DNA from: an uncultured Bacillota bacterium
GTDB taxonomy: Bacteria > Sysuimicrobiota > Sysuimicrobiia > Sysuimicrobiales > Segetimicrobiaceae
Reading direction: 5' to 3'
Length of the DNA: 64,000 nt
NCBI GenBank assembly: GCA_963804645.1
Contig: CAWDRG010000009.1
Coordinates: 896,001 to 960,000, forward strand
The translations under genes and the position numbers were made by a program. Under the pieces are notes generated by a model that did not search any database, was not told where the DNA came from, and saw nothing but the letters and a program-made list of their open reading frames with translations. Positions 8,459-18,334 of the stretch are shown piece by piece. Positions within the stretch are counted from its first letter, which is position 1. Every line of letters starts with the position of its first letter.

Positions 8459-9970
8459 ATGTCCCCGTCCGCCGATCTCGGCGTGGTGAACGCCCGCGTA
8501 GTGGGCGCGGTGCCGCCGGCGCCGCGCGCCACCGCGCTTGCGATCCGCGCCGGCCGCATTGTCGCCGTCGGGGCCCTGGCGGACGTGCGCGGCTTCTTCG
8601 GCGTGGAGACCGAGGTCATCGACGCGGGCGGCGCGTGGGCCGTGCCGGCGTTCCACGATGCCCATCTGCATCTGCTGAGCTACGCGCGCATGGGCGCGAA
8701 GCTCGATTGCGCCGGCCTGCGGAGCCTCGGCGAGTTGGGCGGGGCGCTCGGGCGGCGGGCGGCGACGCGTCCGTCGGGAGCGTGGGTGCGCGCGGTGCGC
8801 TACGACGAGACGTCGTGGATCGACGGGCGCCATCCCGATCGGCACGACCTCGACGCGGCGGTGCCGGAGCATCCGGTGCACCTGCGGCACCGCGCGCTGC
8901 ACCTCGACGTCTTCAACACCGCGGCGCTGCGGCGGCTGCAGCTCACCGATCTGCCGATGGGCGGCCTCGAACGCGATCCGCGCACCGGCGCGCCGACCGG
9001 CCGCGTGTATCATGCGGGGGACCGCCTGCATCAGGTCCTCGAGCATCCGACGTACGACGAGCTCGCGCGCAGCGTCCGGGACGCGTCCGAGCGGCTGCTT
9101 GCGTGGGGCGTGACGAGCGTGCAGGATGCGTCGATCACGAACGGCCCGGCGGAGTGGACGCTGTTTCACCGGCTGGCGGCCGACGGATACTTGCCGCTCC
9201 GGGTGTTTTTCATGCCCGGCGTCTCGTCGTGGCGGCAGATCCCGTGGGCAGACGCTCCGAGCGCGCGGGTGCGCCAGGGGCCGGTGAAGTTGATGGTCGA
9301 GGAGGGGGCGACCGACCCCTCCCAGCTCCGCGCGGCGGTCGCGTCCGTCCGGGGCGCCGGCCGCGCGGTGGCGCTGCACGCCGTCACCGAGGCGGAGGTC
9401 GCGCTGGCCGTCGATGCGCTCGGTGATGCCGGCGCCCGGCCGCCGGCCCCGCCGTCCCGGATCGAGCACGGGGCCGTGATTCCGGACCAGTTCCTCGGTC
9501 CCTTGCGTGAGGCCGGCGTCTTCGTCGTCGGACAGCCGTCGCTCGTGCACGACCGCGGCGATGTGTACCGCGCCGAGTTTCCCCCGGAGCTGCACCCCTG
9601 GCTCCATCGCGCCGGCTCGCTCGTGGCGGCCGGCGTGCGGTACGCGGCGAGCTCCGACGCGCCGGTGACCGAGCCGATTCCAGGGGTGGGGCTCGCCGCG
9701 GCGCGGCGCCGCCTGACCGCGAGCGGCGCCCCGCTTGGGACGGACGAAGCGCTCGGCCCCCTGGCGGCGCTCGCCGCGTTCACGCGATCGCCGGCGGAGG
9801 CGGTCGGCGCGTCCGGCGCCCTGGGGCGCGTGCGTCCGGGGGCGATTGCCGACGTGGTGCTGCTCGACGACGAGGTGCTGGAGGGGACGGACCCGGTCGC
9901 GGCCCGCCGTCCGGTCCGGATGACGGTCATGGACGGGCGCGTCGTCTGGCGGCGGCCGGATCTCTCATGA
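8459..9970 (+). CDS. Amidohydrolase (YtcJ-like, amidohydrolase 3 family)
   Basis: ALAIRAGRIVAVG, FHDAHLH, RIEHG, SSDAP and GAIADVVLLD motifs. Confidence 0.9.
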   Translation: MSPSADLGVVNARVVGAVPPAPRATALAIRAGRIVAVGALADVRGFFGVETEVIDAGGAWAVPAFHDAHLHLLSYARMGAKLDCAGLRSLGELGGALGRRAATRPSGAWVRAVRYDETSWIDGRHPDRHDLDAAVPEHPVHLRHRALHLDVFNTAALRRLQLTDLPMGGLERDPRTGAPTGRVYHAGDRLHQVLEHPTYDELARSVRDASERLLAWGVTSVQDASITNGPAEWTLFHRLAADGYLPLRVFFMPGVSSWRQIPWADAPSARVRQGPVKLMVEEGATDPSQLRAAVASVRGAGRAVALHAVTEAEVALAVDALGDAGARPPAPPSRIEHGAVIPDQFLGPLREAGVFVVGQPSLVHDRGDVYRAEFPPELHPWLHRAGSLVAAGVRYAASSDAPVTEPIPGVGLAAARRRLTASGAPLGTDEALGPLAALAAFTRSPAEAVGASGALGRVRPGAIADVVLLDDEVLEGTDPVAARRPVRMTVMDGRVVWRRPDLS

Positions 9971-11916
9971 CCGGGTTTCCTCACCTGTTTGCTCCATTGA
10001 CGCGCGGCCCGCTCCGCGTGAAGAACCGTCTCATGATGATGGCGACCGTCAACAACCTCGGGACGAACGAGGCGATCACCCCGGCCCAGATCGCGTACTA
10101 CGCCGCGCGGGCGCGCGGCGGGGTCGCGGCGATCGTGACCGAAGGGCTTTCGGTCCATCCGACGTCCATTCCGAACAACACGATCCCGCTGGCCTACCGG
10201 GAGGAGCTCCTGCCGGGGCTGACGCAGCTGGCCGCCGCGGTGCACGCCCACGATGCCGCCATGTACGGGCAGCTGTGGCACGTGGGACGCAACGCGCTCT
10301 GGAACCCCGTGGCAGTCTCGTGGTCGCCGTCCGCGGAGCGCGATCCGGTCAGCGGAAGCACGCCCCACGCGATGACCATCGCCGAGGTCGGCGAGATCGT
10401 GGCCGCGTTCGTCGAGACCGCGGAGCGCCTCAGGCGTGCCGGCTTCGACGGCGTCGAGCTGCACGGCGCGCACGGGTATTTGATCACACAGTTTCTCTCG
10501 CCGTGGAGCAATCGCCGCGGCGACGGATACGGCGGCGGCATCGAGCACCGCGTGCGGTTCGTCCGGGAGATCATCGAGGGCATCCGGCGCGCGTGCGGGC
10601 CGGACTTTGTGGTTGGGTTGAAGCTCTCGATCCACGAATACGTCCCCGGCGGTCTTACTCTCGAGGACAGCCGGGAGATCCTGACCCACCTGAACCGCTC
10701 CGCGCCGCCCGATTACGTGGGGGTCAGTCAGGGGAACTTCAGCGGCAGCCTCGAGCGCCACGTGCCCGACATGCGCTTCGAGCCGGCCCCGTTTCTCAGC
10801 CTGGCCGAAGGCATTCGCGACGCCGCGGCGGCGATCCCGATCGTCTTCATGGGACGCGTCGTCGGCCCGTCGGAGGCCGAGTCGATACTCGCGTCCGGCG
10901 CGGCCGACCTGGTCGGGATGGCCCGGCCGCTGATCGCGGACGCCGACCTGGCCCGCAAGGCGTTGGCGGGGGAGCCGGAGCGCATCCGCCCGTGCGTCTT
11001 CTGCAACGCATGTTGGGGGGAGATTCACACCATGCGTCCGGTGGCCTGCATTTACGGGCCGGAGACGGGACGCGAGGCGGAGTGGAGCGAGGACACGCTC
11101 CCGCCCGCGGCACCCCGGCGTGTCGTGCGGATCATCGGGGCCGGCCCCGCGGGGCTGGAAGCTGCGCGGATCGCGTCCCGACGCGGCCACGAGGTGCACG
11201 TGTACGAGGCGCGCGCGCGGGCCGGCGGTCAGGCGTCGCCCGATGCCCTCGTGCCGGGACGCGAGGAGTTTGGGAAGATCGCCGACTACCTCATCCGGGA
11301 AGCGACCCGCGCCGGCGCGCAGATCCATCTCAAGCACATCGTGGACGCGGAGGCGGCCGCGCAGTGGATCGCCCGCGGCGACGCGGTGGTCGTCGCGACC
11401 GGCGCGGAACCGGATCCGCCGGCGGTGCCGGGCGCGCGCGCGGTGTACACGCTGGAGTCCGCGCTCGCGCGCAAGGCGTGGGCGGGCGCGGGCGTGGTCG
11501 TGGTGGACGAGATCGAGGACGAACCCGTGTACGCGGCGGCCGAGGCGCTCGCCGCGCGCGGCGCGGTGGTCCGCGTGGCGACGCGGCGTCTGCAGATCGG
11601 GCGGCGGCTTGCGTTCGTGAGCCTGATCGGCGCGCTGCGCCGGCTCGCGGAGGCGGACATTCCGATTCTCACGTGCTGCGTGCCCGTCCGGATGGAGGGC
11701 CAGACCCTGGTGACCCGCCACGTGTTCTCGGGGCGGGAGGCCGCCATCGAGCGCGTGGATGCGCTCGTGTGCTGCGGGCCCTACCGGGCGCGCGACGCGG
11801 TCGCCCGGAAGCTTCAGGGGCGGGGACTTCCCGTGCGTCTGATCGGCGATGCGTACGCGCCGCGGCGGATGGCGGTGGCCGTGCTCGAAGGACATCAGGC
11901 CGGTCGCACGGTGTAG
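9967..11916 (+). CDS. NADH:flavin oxidoreductase (OYE TIM barrel + 4Fe-4S + FAD domain; 2,4-dienoyl-CoA reductase/TMADH-like)
   Basis: GFDGVELHGAHGYLITQFLSP, NRRGDGYGG, CVFCNAC...C cluster motif and GAGPAGLEAA. Confidence 0.92.
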   Translation: MTGFPHLFAPLTRGPLRVKNRLMMMATVNNLGTNEAITPAQIAYYAARARGGVAAIVTEGLSVHPTSIPNNTIPLAYREELLPGLTQLAAAVHAHDAAMYGQLWHVGRNALWNPVAVSWSPSAERDPVSGSTPHAMTIAEVGEIVAAFVETAERLRRAGFDGVELHGAHGYLITQFLSPWSNRRGDGYGGGIEHRVRFVREIIEGIRRACGPDFVVGLKLSIHEYVPGGLTLEDSREILTHLNRSAPPDYVGVSQGNFSGSLERHVPDMRFEPAPFLSLAEGIRDAAAAIPIVFMGRVVGPSEAESILASGAADLVGMARPLIADADLARKALAGEPERIRPCVFCNACWGEIHTMRPVACIYGPETGREAEWSEDTLPPAAPRRVVRIIGAGPAGLEAARIASRRGHEVHVYEARARAGGQASPDALVPGREEFGKIADYLIREATRAGAQIHLKHIVDAEAAAQWIARGDAVVVATGAEPDPPAVPGARAVYTLESALARKAWAGAGVVVVDEIEDEPVYAAAEALAARGAVVRVATRRLQIGRRLAFVSLIGALRRLAEADIPILTCCVPVRMEGQTLVTRHVFSGREAAIERVDALVCCGPYRARDAVARKLQGRGLPVRLIGDAYAPRRMAVAVLEGHQAGRTV

Positions 11917-12004
11917 CGGGTTGCGACCGCGGCGGGATCCGAGTTTGGGCCCGCCAGGTGTGCGGCACGCTCGCTGAGGCGGCGACGTCGAGGAGGACGG
12001 TGCC

Positions 12005-13462
12005 ATGGGTGACGAGTCAGCTGTGAGCGTGCACACGGGTGCGTCGCCGACGGAGACCGTGCTCGCGTGTATCGACACGTGGCGCCGTGCACCGCTCCCG
12101 GCCGAGGTGTCGGCGCGCACCCGCCAGGTCGTCCTCGACACGATCGCATGCTACATCGGGGCGACCGCCATGGACGCGGGGCGGCGTTTGCTGGCGTTCG
12201 CGGAACGGTCGTCGGGTCCCGCGACGCTCTTTCCGTTGCGCCATCGCGTCTCGGCGGAGGCCGCGTCGTTTGCCGCCTCCTCCATGGCGAATCTGCTCGA
12301 CGCGGACGAGGCGCTGTTCAACCGCGGCCACCACGCGTGCGCGATTGTGATGCCCGCGCTCATCGTCGGCGGCGTGTACGGCACATCGGTGGACGACGCG
12401 ATGCGCGCGATCGCGATCGGGTTTGAAGTGGCCGCGCGCGTGTCGCTCTCGTGGTCGTACTACACCGTCGAGAGCGACGGCTCCGTCCGCGGCGCCGACG
12501 TCACCGGGCTGAGCTGGATCGTGCTCGGGGCCGCGGCATCGATCGGTCTGCTTCGCGATCTGGACGGCGATGCGATGCGGTCGGCGCTCGGCATCGCGGC
12601 CTACGGGGCCCCGATTCCGACCAACTCAAACTGGCATGTCGCGTACCCGCCGGACAGCATGACCAAGTACACGCTGTACGGCGCGCTCGCACAGCACGCG
12701 GTGTCCGCGGTCGAACTGGCGGCCCTGGGATTTGTGGGATGCCAGAACGTCTTGGACGGGCCGCGGGGATTTCGCCGGTTGATCGGCGCGACCACGTGGG
12801 ACGATGACGTGCTGCGGGATGGACTCGCCGGGACGTGGACGATCGTCCAGACCGGCTTGAAGCGGTACCCCGCGTGCCGGCTCTGGCACGGCGCGCTGTA
12901 CGGGTTGGAGCAGCTCGTCCGCGACGCCCGCCTCGCTCCTGCGGATGTCCGGCACGTCGAGATCGACCTCGCCCTCCTGCATCCGACCCAGATGCGGCTC
13001 GCACGCGAGTATCCCGAGCTGACCGAGATCTCGGCGCAGTTTTCCGTGCCCTACGGCGCCGCGCAGGTGATCGAGCGCCGTCCGCCCGGACCGGCGTGGT
13101 ATCGTCCGGACGCCCTGTCGAGCGAACGGACGCGGGAGTTGATGCGGCGGATCGACGTGGCGGTCGACCCCGTGATGAACAAGGAAGCCGCGGAGGAAGT
13201 CAAACGGGTCGGGCACTATGGGTACCGGCTGCCGTGGGCGGTCTCCGTGACGCCGGCATCGGGCACGACCCTCCGGGCATCCGGCACCAACGCGCCGGGG
13301 GATCCGTTCGTGCCCGCGCTCGATATCACGCGGCGCGAGACGGAGGAGAAGTTTCGCGAGTTCTATCAGCAGGCGTACGGCACCGGCGCGCCGCCGGCGT
13401 TCTTGCGGTTGCTCGATGCGCCCGACGCCACGTGCGCCGAGCTGCTGGGCGCGCTCGGGTAG
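12005..13462 (+). CDS. MmgE/PrpD family protein, copy 1
   Basis: VLDTIACYIGA, NLLDAD, LKRYPACRLWH and AQFSVPY; AGGAGG RBS. Confidence 0.88.
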   Translation: MGDESAVSVHTGASPTETVLACIDTWRRAPLPAEVSARTRQVVLDTIACYIGATAMDAGRRLLAFAERSSGPATLFPLRHRVSAEAASFAASSMANLLDADEALFNRGHHACAIVMPALIVGGVYGTSVDDAMRAIAIGFEVAARVSLSWSYYTVESDGSVRGADVTGLSWIVLGAAASIGLLRDLDGDAMRSALGIAAYGAPIPTNSNWHVAYPPDSMTKYTLYGALAQHAVSAVELAALGFVGCQNVLDGPRGFRRLIGATTWDDDVLRDGLAGTWTIVQTGLKRYPACRLWHGALYGLEQLVRDARLAPADVRHVEIDLALLHPTQMRLAREYPELTEISAQFSVPYGAAQVIERRPPGPAWYRPDALSSERTRELMRRIDVAVDPVMNKEAAEEVKRVGHYGYRLPWAVSVTPASGTTLRASGTNAPGDPFVPALDITRRETEEKFREFYQQAYGTGAPPAFLRLLDAPDATCAELLGALG

Positions 13463-13510
13463 CGCCGCGCCGTCCGACGGTCCTCTGCCCGGGGTGCGCC
13501 GCCGGCCGCG

Positions 13511-14416
13511 TCACGCGGGACCCCGAAGGCGCGGGTCGAGCCGATCGCGGAGCCAGTCTCCGAGCACGTTTGAGGCCAGGACCGTGAGCGAAATCATCAG
13601 CGCCGGGATGCCGGCGACCCACCAGCTGATCTGCACGGTGTCGCGGCCCGTGGCGACCATGGCGCCCCAACTCGGCGTGGGGGCGGGCACGCCGGCCCCG
13701 AGAAAGCTCAAGCTCCCCTCGAGGATGATGATCCATCCGATCTGCAGCGTGGACAGCACGATCAGCGTATTGAGCACGTTCGGCAGGATGTGCCGGACCA
13801 GGATGCGCGAGTCCGGCGCGCCGGCGGCCTTGGCCGCGGTGATGAAATCCCGCTCGCGCCACACCACCACTTCGCCGCGCAGCAGGCGCGCGAAGCGGGC
13901 CCACAGGACGAACGCGGTGGCGACGACGACGAGCCAGAAGCTCGGGCCCGAGACGGCGACGACCGTCAGCGCGAGCAGGATGGTCGGGAGCGCGAGCGAG
14001 ACATCGACCGCGCGCATCGTGACGGCCTCGATCCATCCTCCCGCGTAGCCCGCGAGCATCCCGAACGACGCGCCGGCGGCACCGCCCAGCAGCAGGCTGA
14101 CGGCGACGATCGACAGGTCCGTGCGCGTCCCGAAGATGATGCGGCTCAGGAGGTCCCGTCCGTCTTCATCCGTGCCCAGGGGATGGGCCCAGGACCCGCC
14201 GGCCATGAACGCCGGGGGCTGCCGGCTCGCGATGGGGTTGATGTCGAGCGGCGAGTACGGCGCCAGCAGCCCGGGCACGATCGCCATGACCAGGATGATC
14301 AGGGCCCACGTGAGGCTCAGGAACGGCCGCCGGGACGGCCGCGGGGCCGCGCTGCGCCTGCGGCGGCGCGGGGCCGTGCGGGGGCGGAGCCAGGCGCGGA
14401 GCCGTTCGGAGATCAC
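13511..14416 (-). CDS. Peptide/nickel ABC transporter permease (DppC-like)
   Basis: HPLGTDEDGRDLLSR, EAA-like loop FITAAKAAGA, RHILPN and GDWLRDRLDP; GTG start overlaps the upstream TGA. Confidence 0.92.
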   Translation of the reverse strand: MISERLRAWLRPRTAPRRRRRSAAPRPSRRPFLSLTWALIILVMAIVPGLLAPYSPLDINPIASRQPPAFMAGGSWAHPLGTDEDGRDLLSRIIFGTRTDLSIVAVSLLLGGAAGASFGMLAGYAGGWIEAVTMRAVDVSLALPTILLALTVVAVSGPSFWLVVVATAFVLWARFARLLRGEVVVWRERDFITAAKAAGAPDSRILVRHILPNVLNTLIVLSTLQIGWIIILEGSLSFLGAGVPAPTPSWGAMVATGRDTVQISWWVAGIPALMISLTVLASNVLGDWLRDRLDPRLRGPA

Positions 14417-15327
14417 AGGTGAATGCGCGGATCGAGCACGATGTACAGCAGATCCACGGCGAGGTTGAGCAGGACGATGATCGCCGCGGTCGCGGTGACC
14501 GCGGCCTGCGTCAGCGGGTAATCGCGGTGGAGGATCGAGCTGTAGATCAACGACGCGATCCCCGGCCAGTTGTAGACGATCTCCACGGTGACGGCGGACG
14601 TCAGGATAATCCCGAAGATCAGGCCGACGAACGTGGTCAGGGGAATGGTGGCGTTTCGGAAGGCGTGCTTCCACAGCACGACCGCCTCGGACAGCCCCTT
14701 GGCGCGGGCGATCTTGATGTATTCGGCGTCCAGCACGTCGAGCAGGGACGAGCGCAGCAGCCGAACGATCCCCGCGGCCATGAACCAGGCGATGGTCACG
14801 GCCGGGAGAATGTACGATTGCCACGACTCCATGCCGCTCGCCGGGAGGAGGCGGAGCCAGACCGAGACCACGCTGATGAGCAGAATGGCGGACGCGAAGG
14901 TGGGAATCGACTGCCCGGTGACGGCCGTGCCCATGGCCAGGTGGTCGACCCACCGGCCGCGCCACACGGCGGCGGCGGCGCCCACGGGAATCCCCACGAC
15001 GAGCGTGATGAGGAGCGCCAGCGCGGCCAGTTTGGCCGTGTTGAACAGGCGCGGAATGATGATCTCCAGGACCGGCCGGCGATACGTGATCGAATCGCCG
15101 AAGTTGCCGGTGGCCACGCCACCGAGGTAGATGGCGTATTGCTGGTAGAGCGGTTTGTCGAAGCCGAACAAGTGGATATAGGCGGCGCGCTCGGCCGGGG
15201 TCGTCGTCATCGGCAGGATGACATCGGCGGGATTCCCGCTGAGGTGCCCGGCCGCAAATACAAACGTCACGGTGGTAAAGAGCGTCAGGACCGTCTGAGC
15301 CAGTCGGGCCAGCAGCAGCCGGGACAC
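14413..15327 (-). CDS. Peptide/nickel ABC transporter permease (DppB-like)
   Basis: GFDKPLYQQY, YIKIARAKGL, RDYPL and DLLYIVLDPRI. Confidence 0.93.
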   Translation of the reverse strand: MSRLLLARLAQTVLTLFTTVTFVFAAGHLSGNPADVILPMTTTPAERAAYIHLFGFDKPLYQQYAIYLGGVATGNFGDSITYRRPVLEIIIPRLFNTAKLAALALLITLVVGIPVGAAAAVWRGRWVDHLAMGTAVTGQSIPTFASAILLISVVSVWLRLLPASGMESWQSYILPAVTIAWFMAAGIVRLLRSSLLDVLDAEYIKIARAKGLSEAVVLWKHAFRNATIPLTTFVGLIFGIILTSAVTVEIVYNWPGIASLIYSSILHRDYPLTQAAVTATAAIIVLLNLAVDLLYIVLDPRIHL

Positions 15328-15349
15328 CGTGCCCTAGTTGACCTGCGGA

Positions 15350-16588
15350 TTACAGCAGCGCGCCGCTGGTCTTGAGCGCCACGACGCGGTCGGGCGACGC
15401 GTCCAGCCACTCCGCGAGGACATCGTCGCCGCCTTCCCCAACGTCCGGTGCGGCGCGCCGCGGCGCGACATGGGCCTCGCTGAACTCGATCGGGAACCCC
15501 AGGGTGCGCACGCGACCGAGCGTCGGATGGTCCAGCCAGGGCAGGTACCCATTGTCGATCAGCATGGGATCGGTCTTGGCCTCGTCGATCCGCCGGATCG
15601 ACGACCAGGCAAACCCCACTTTTCGATCGTGGAACAGCTTCGCCCACTCGTCGCGCGTCCGCGTGGCAAAGATCTCGTCCAGGATTTTGATCAGCTCGAC
15701 GGCGTTGCGGGTCCGGGCCTCCAGCGCGGCGAACCGCGGGTCCGCCGGGTCCAGGCCAAAGAGGCTGCTGAATTCGTCCCAGAACCGGTCTGCCTCCGGC
15801 TCGGTGAGGAAGATCCATTCGCCGTCGCTGCAGCGGTAGAAGTTGTTGAACGGCGCCGAGTGGGTGCGGCGGGAGTGGCGCGCATAGCACGCGCCGCTGA
15901 ACAGCGAGATGTTCATCGCGTGTCCCATCGCGTGCATCTGCGACCCGACGAGCGACGTCTCGACGCGCTGCCCGCGGCCGGTCCGCTCGCGATCGAACAG
16001 CGCCGTCATGATGCCGAGCGCCAGGAGCGTGGCCCCCATCGTGTCGGAGGTGGCGTTGTGGACCATGAACGGCTGATCGTACTCCCGGTCGCCGGTGAGC
16101 CACATCGCGCCCATGCGCGCTTCCACGGCCTGCCCGAACGCCCGATCGTTCGCCTCCGCCGATTTGCTCCCCCATCCCGTGGTGACCGCGTAGACGAGGC
16201 GGGGATTCAGCGCGTTCAGGGTGTCGTAGTCCAACCCGACACGCTCGAGCACGTTGTTGCGAAAATAGTTGGTAAAGAACACGTCCGCTTTTTGGGCCAA
16301 TTCGTGGACGATCGCCCGCCCGTCGGGGTGCTTCAAGTCGACCCCCAAGCTGCGCTTGTTGCGGTTGACGAGTTCGATCCCGACGTGGCGTCCGCCCGGG
16401 AGCTCCGCGGGCAGGCCCCAGATCCGGCTCACGCCCCGGTACGGGTCGCCGCGCTGCGGATCCTCGATCTTGACGACGTCCGCTCCAAGCTCGCCGAGCA
16501 TGTAGCCGGCCGCGGTCCCATTCACGTAGGCCGTCCACTCGAGGACACGGATGCCGTCAAGGATCTTGCGCGTGGGAGCTTCAGGCAT
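15350..16588 (-). CDS. Family III (CaiB/BaiF) CoA-transferase
   Basis: LDGIRVLE, LGADVVKIEDPQRGD, NRNKRSL, ADVFFTNY and RERTGRGQRVETSL. Confidence 0.93.
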   Translation of the reverse strand: MPEAPTRKILDGIRVLEWTAYVNGTAAGYMLGELGADVVKIEDPQRGDPYRGVSRIWGLPAELPGGRHVGIELVNRNKRSLGVDLKHPDGRAIVHELAQKADVFFTNYFRNNVLERVGLDYDTLNALNPRLVYAVTTGWGSKSAEANDRAFGQAVEARMGAMWLTGDREYDQPFMVHNATSDTMGATLLALGIMTALFDRERTGRGQRVETSLVGSQMHAMGHAMNISLFSGACYARHSRRTHSAPFNNFYRCSDGEWIFLTEPEADRFWDEFSSLFGLDPADPRFAALEARTRNAVELIKILDEIFATRTRDEWAKLFHDRKVGFAWSSIRRIDEAKTDPMLIDNGYLPWLDHPTLGRVRTLGFPIEFSEAHVAPRRAAPDVGEGGDDVLAEWLDASPDRVVALKTSGALL

Positions 16589-16920
16589 GTGATCCTCACT
16601 CCGCGGTCGGCGGTGAGCGCGATCGACCCGCCGAGAATTGTCTCAGGGCTCATCCCGGAGCCTGATACGCGGCTCATTGTAGCCGCCCCGCTTTTCAGTG
16701 TCAACGCGGCGGCGCGCGTGACGCGGTCAGGCCTGCGGGCGATCTCGCGCGGCGCGGGCGTGAGCACGCGCGTCATGGATCGCGTGCCGAGCGGCGCGTC
16801 GATGGTGCGTCGGTGCCGCGCGCACCGCAGCGCGTCCCGGGGGAGCGGAAGCGTCCCGGGCAGGACCGGCGCCGCGAAGCCACGAAAAAACGGCGCGCGC
16901 ATACAGGAGGCCCACACACC

Positions 16921-18114
16921 GTGTCGAGCTGGCCGTTGAAGGACGTCTGCATCATCGCGGGGATCGGGACGGTGGGGTATTTCCGCCGGTGCGACCGCAC
17001 GGAGTTGTCGTTGGCGGTCGAGGCGGTGCTGCAGGCGTCGCAGGACGCGGGGATGGACGTGAAAGAGATCGACGGGGTGATCACCTACCAATACAACAAC
17101 GATTCGATCCGCCCGCAGGAGCTGGCCCAAGCATTGGGCATCCCGCGCATGCGCCTCTGGATCGAGAACTACCTGGGGGGCACGGTGGGGGCGGAGTTGA
17201 TGGCGATCGCGGTGATGGCGATTCACTGCGGGATGGCGAAGAACGTGGTCGTGTACCGGTCGGCGAAGCACCGGTCGGGACGGGTGCGGATCGGCGGATC
17301 GGGGGCGAGCGCGGACACGGGGGGGTTGGAGCAGTTTCTGGTGCCGTACGGCTGGGCGAACTTCTTCACCAGCATGGCACCGATGATGGTCCGGCACATG
17401 TACGAGTTCGGGACGAAAGAGGAGCATTTGGGGAGCGTGGCCCTCAACGCGTACGCGAACGCCGCGCTGAACGAGCACGCGGTGGGCAAAGGCTGGGGCC
17501 CCAAGACGATGGCGGAGTACATGGAGTCGCCGTACCTGGCGTACCCGTTTCGGCGATGGGACTTCGCGAGCGAAGCGGACGGGGCGTGCGCGTACCTGGT
17601 GACCGGGGCGGAGCACGCGCGGAATCTGCGGCACAAGGCGGTGTACATCACGTCGCTGGCGCAGTCCGCGACGCCGGAGCCGATGCATGCGGGGCGGTTC
17701 GCGCACTACGACTACGGCGGCAACAGCGCGATCGAGGGCTCGGCGGCGTATTTTGCCGAGGACCTGTTCGGGCGGGCCGGGATGTCGAGGAGCGATATCG
17801 ACGTCGCGCTATTGTATGATGCGAATTCCCTGGAGATCATCAAGCAGCTGGAGGGCCTCGGGTTCTGCAAGCAGGGGGACGGCGGGCCGTTCGTGGCGTC
17901 GGGGGCGATTGGGCGGACGGGGCAGCTGCCGGTGAACACGAGCGGGGGACTGCTGGCGGAAGGGTACTTCCACGGCACCAATCTCGTCAACGAAGCGGTC
18001 GAACAGCTCCGCGGCACGGCCGGCGCCCGGCAGGTCAAGGACGCCGAGGTCGCTCTGTACACCTGCGGCGGCGGGGGGGCCGGCGGGGGCGGCGCGATTC
18101 TGACCACGCGGTAA
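16921..18114 (+). CDS. Thiolase-fold (SCP-x/Ltp2-like) protein, copy 1
   Basis: EADGACA, DVALLYDA, LEGLGFC, LPVNTSGGLLAEGYFHG and QLRGTAGARQV; AGGAGG RBS before GTG 16921. Confidence 0.9.
   Translation: MSSWPLKDVCIIAGIGTVGYFRRCDRTELSLAVEAVLQASQDAGMDVKEIDGVITYQYNNDSIRPQELAQALGIPRMRLWIENYLGGTVGAELMAIAVMAIHCGMAKNVVVYRSAKHRSGRVRIGGSGASADTGGLEQFLVPYGWANFFTSMAPMMVRHMYEFGTKEEHLGSVALNAYANAALNEHAVGKGWGPKTMAEYMESPYLAYPFRRWDFASEADGACAYLVTGAEHARNLRHKAVYITSLAQSATPEPMHAGRFAHYDYGGNSAIEGSAAYFAEDLFGRAGMSRSDIDVALLYDANSLEIIKQLEGLGFCKQGDGGPFVASGAIGRTGQLPVNTSGGLLAEGYFHGTNLVNEAVEQLRGTAGARQVKDAEVALYTCGGGGAGGGGAILTTR
16924..18052 (+). repeat. Near-identical tandem direct repeat (~1.13 kb), unit 1; partner at 18341-19469
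   Basis: Offset 1417 bp; the copies are identical apart from a few synonymous changes and one 15-nt patch. Confidence 0.95.
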
Positions 18115-18280
18115 CCGTCCGCCGGGCGGCGTACGTAGACGCGTGACGCGGAGCACTGGGCGGGGGTCCAACGTCGTTCCTTCGCGAAGCGGGCATGCAG
18201 GTCGTAGACGAACGGCGATTCCTCGAGGAGGCGCCGCTCGTTCGTGCGTCGGTGGGCACCACATTGTCGCGTGAAAGGAG

Positions 18281-18329
18281 GTCCTTGGTACCGGCCGGAG
18301 CTCCTCCATGCCGGCGCGGTACACAAGAC
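18281..18329 (+). promoter_or_regulatory. Long hairpin between Shine-Dalgarno (AAAGGAG, 18274-18280) and ATG 18335
   Basis: GTCCTTGGTACCGGCCGG pairs with CCGGCGCGGTACACAAGAC (17 bp, three single-nt bulges). Confidence 0.5.
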
Positions 18330-18334
18330 ACCCG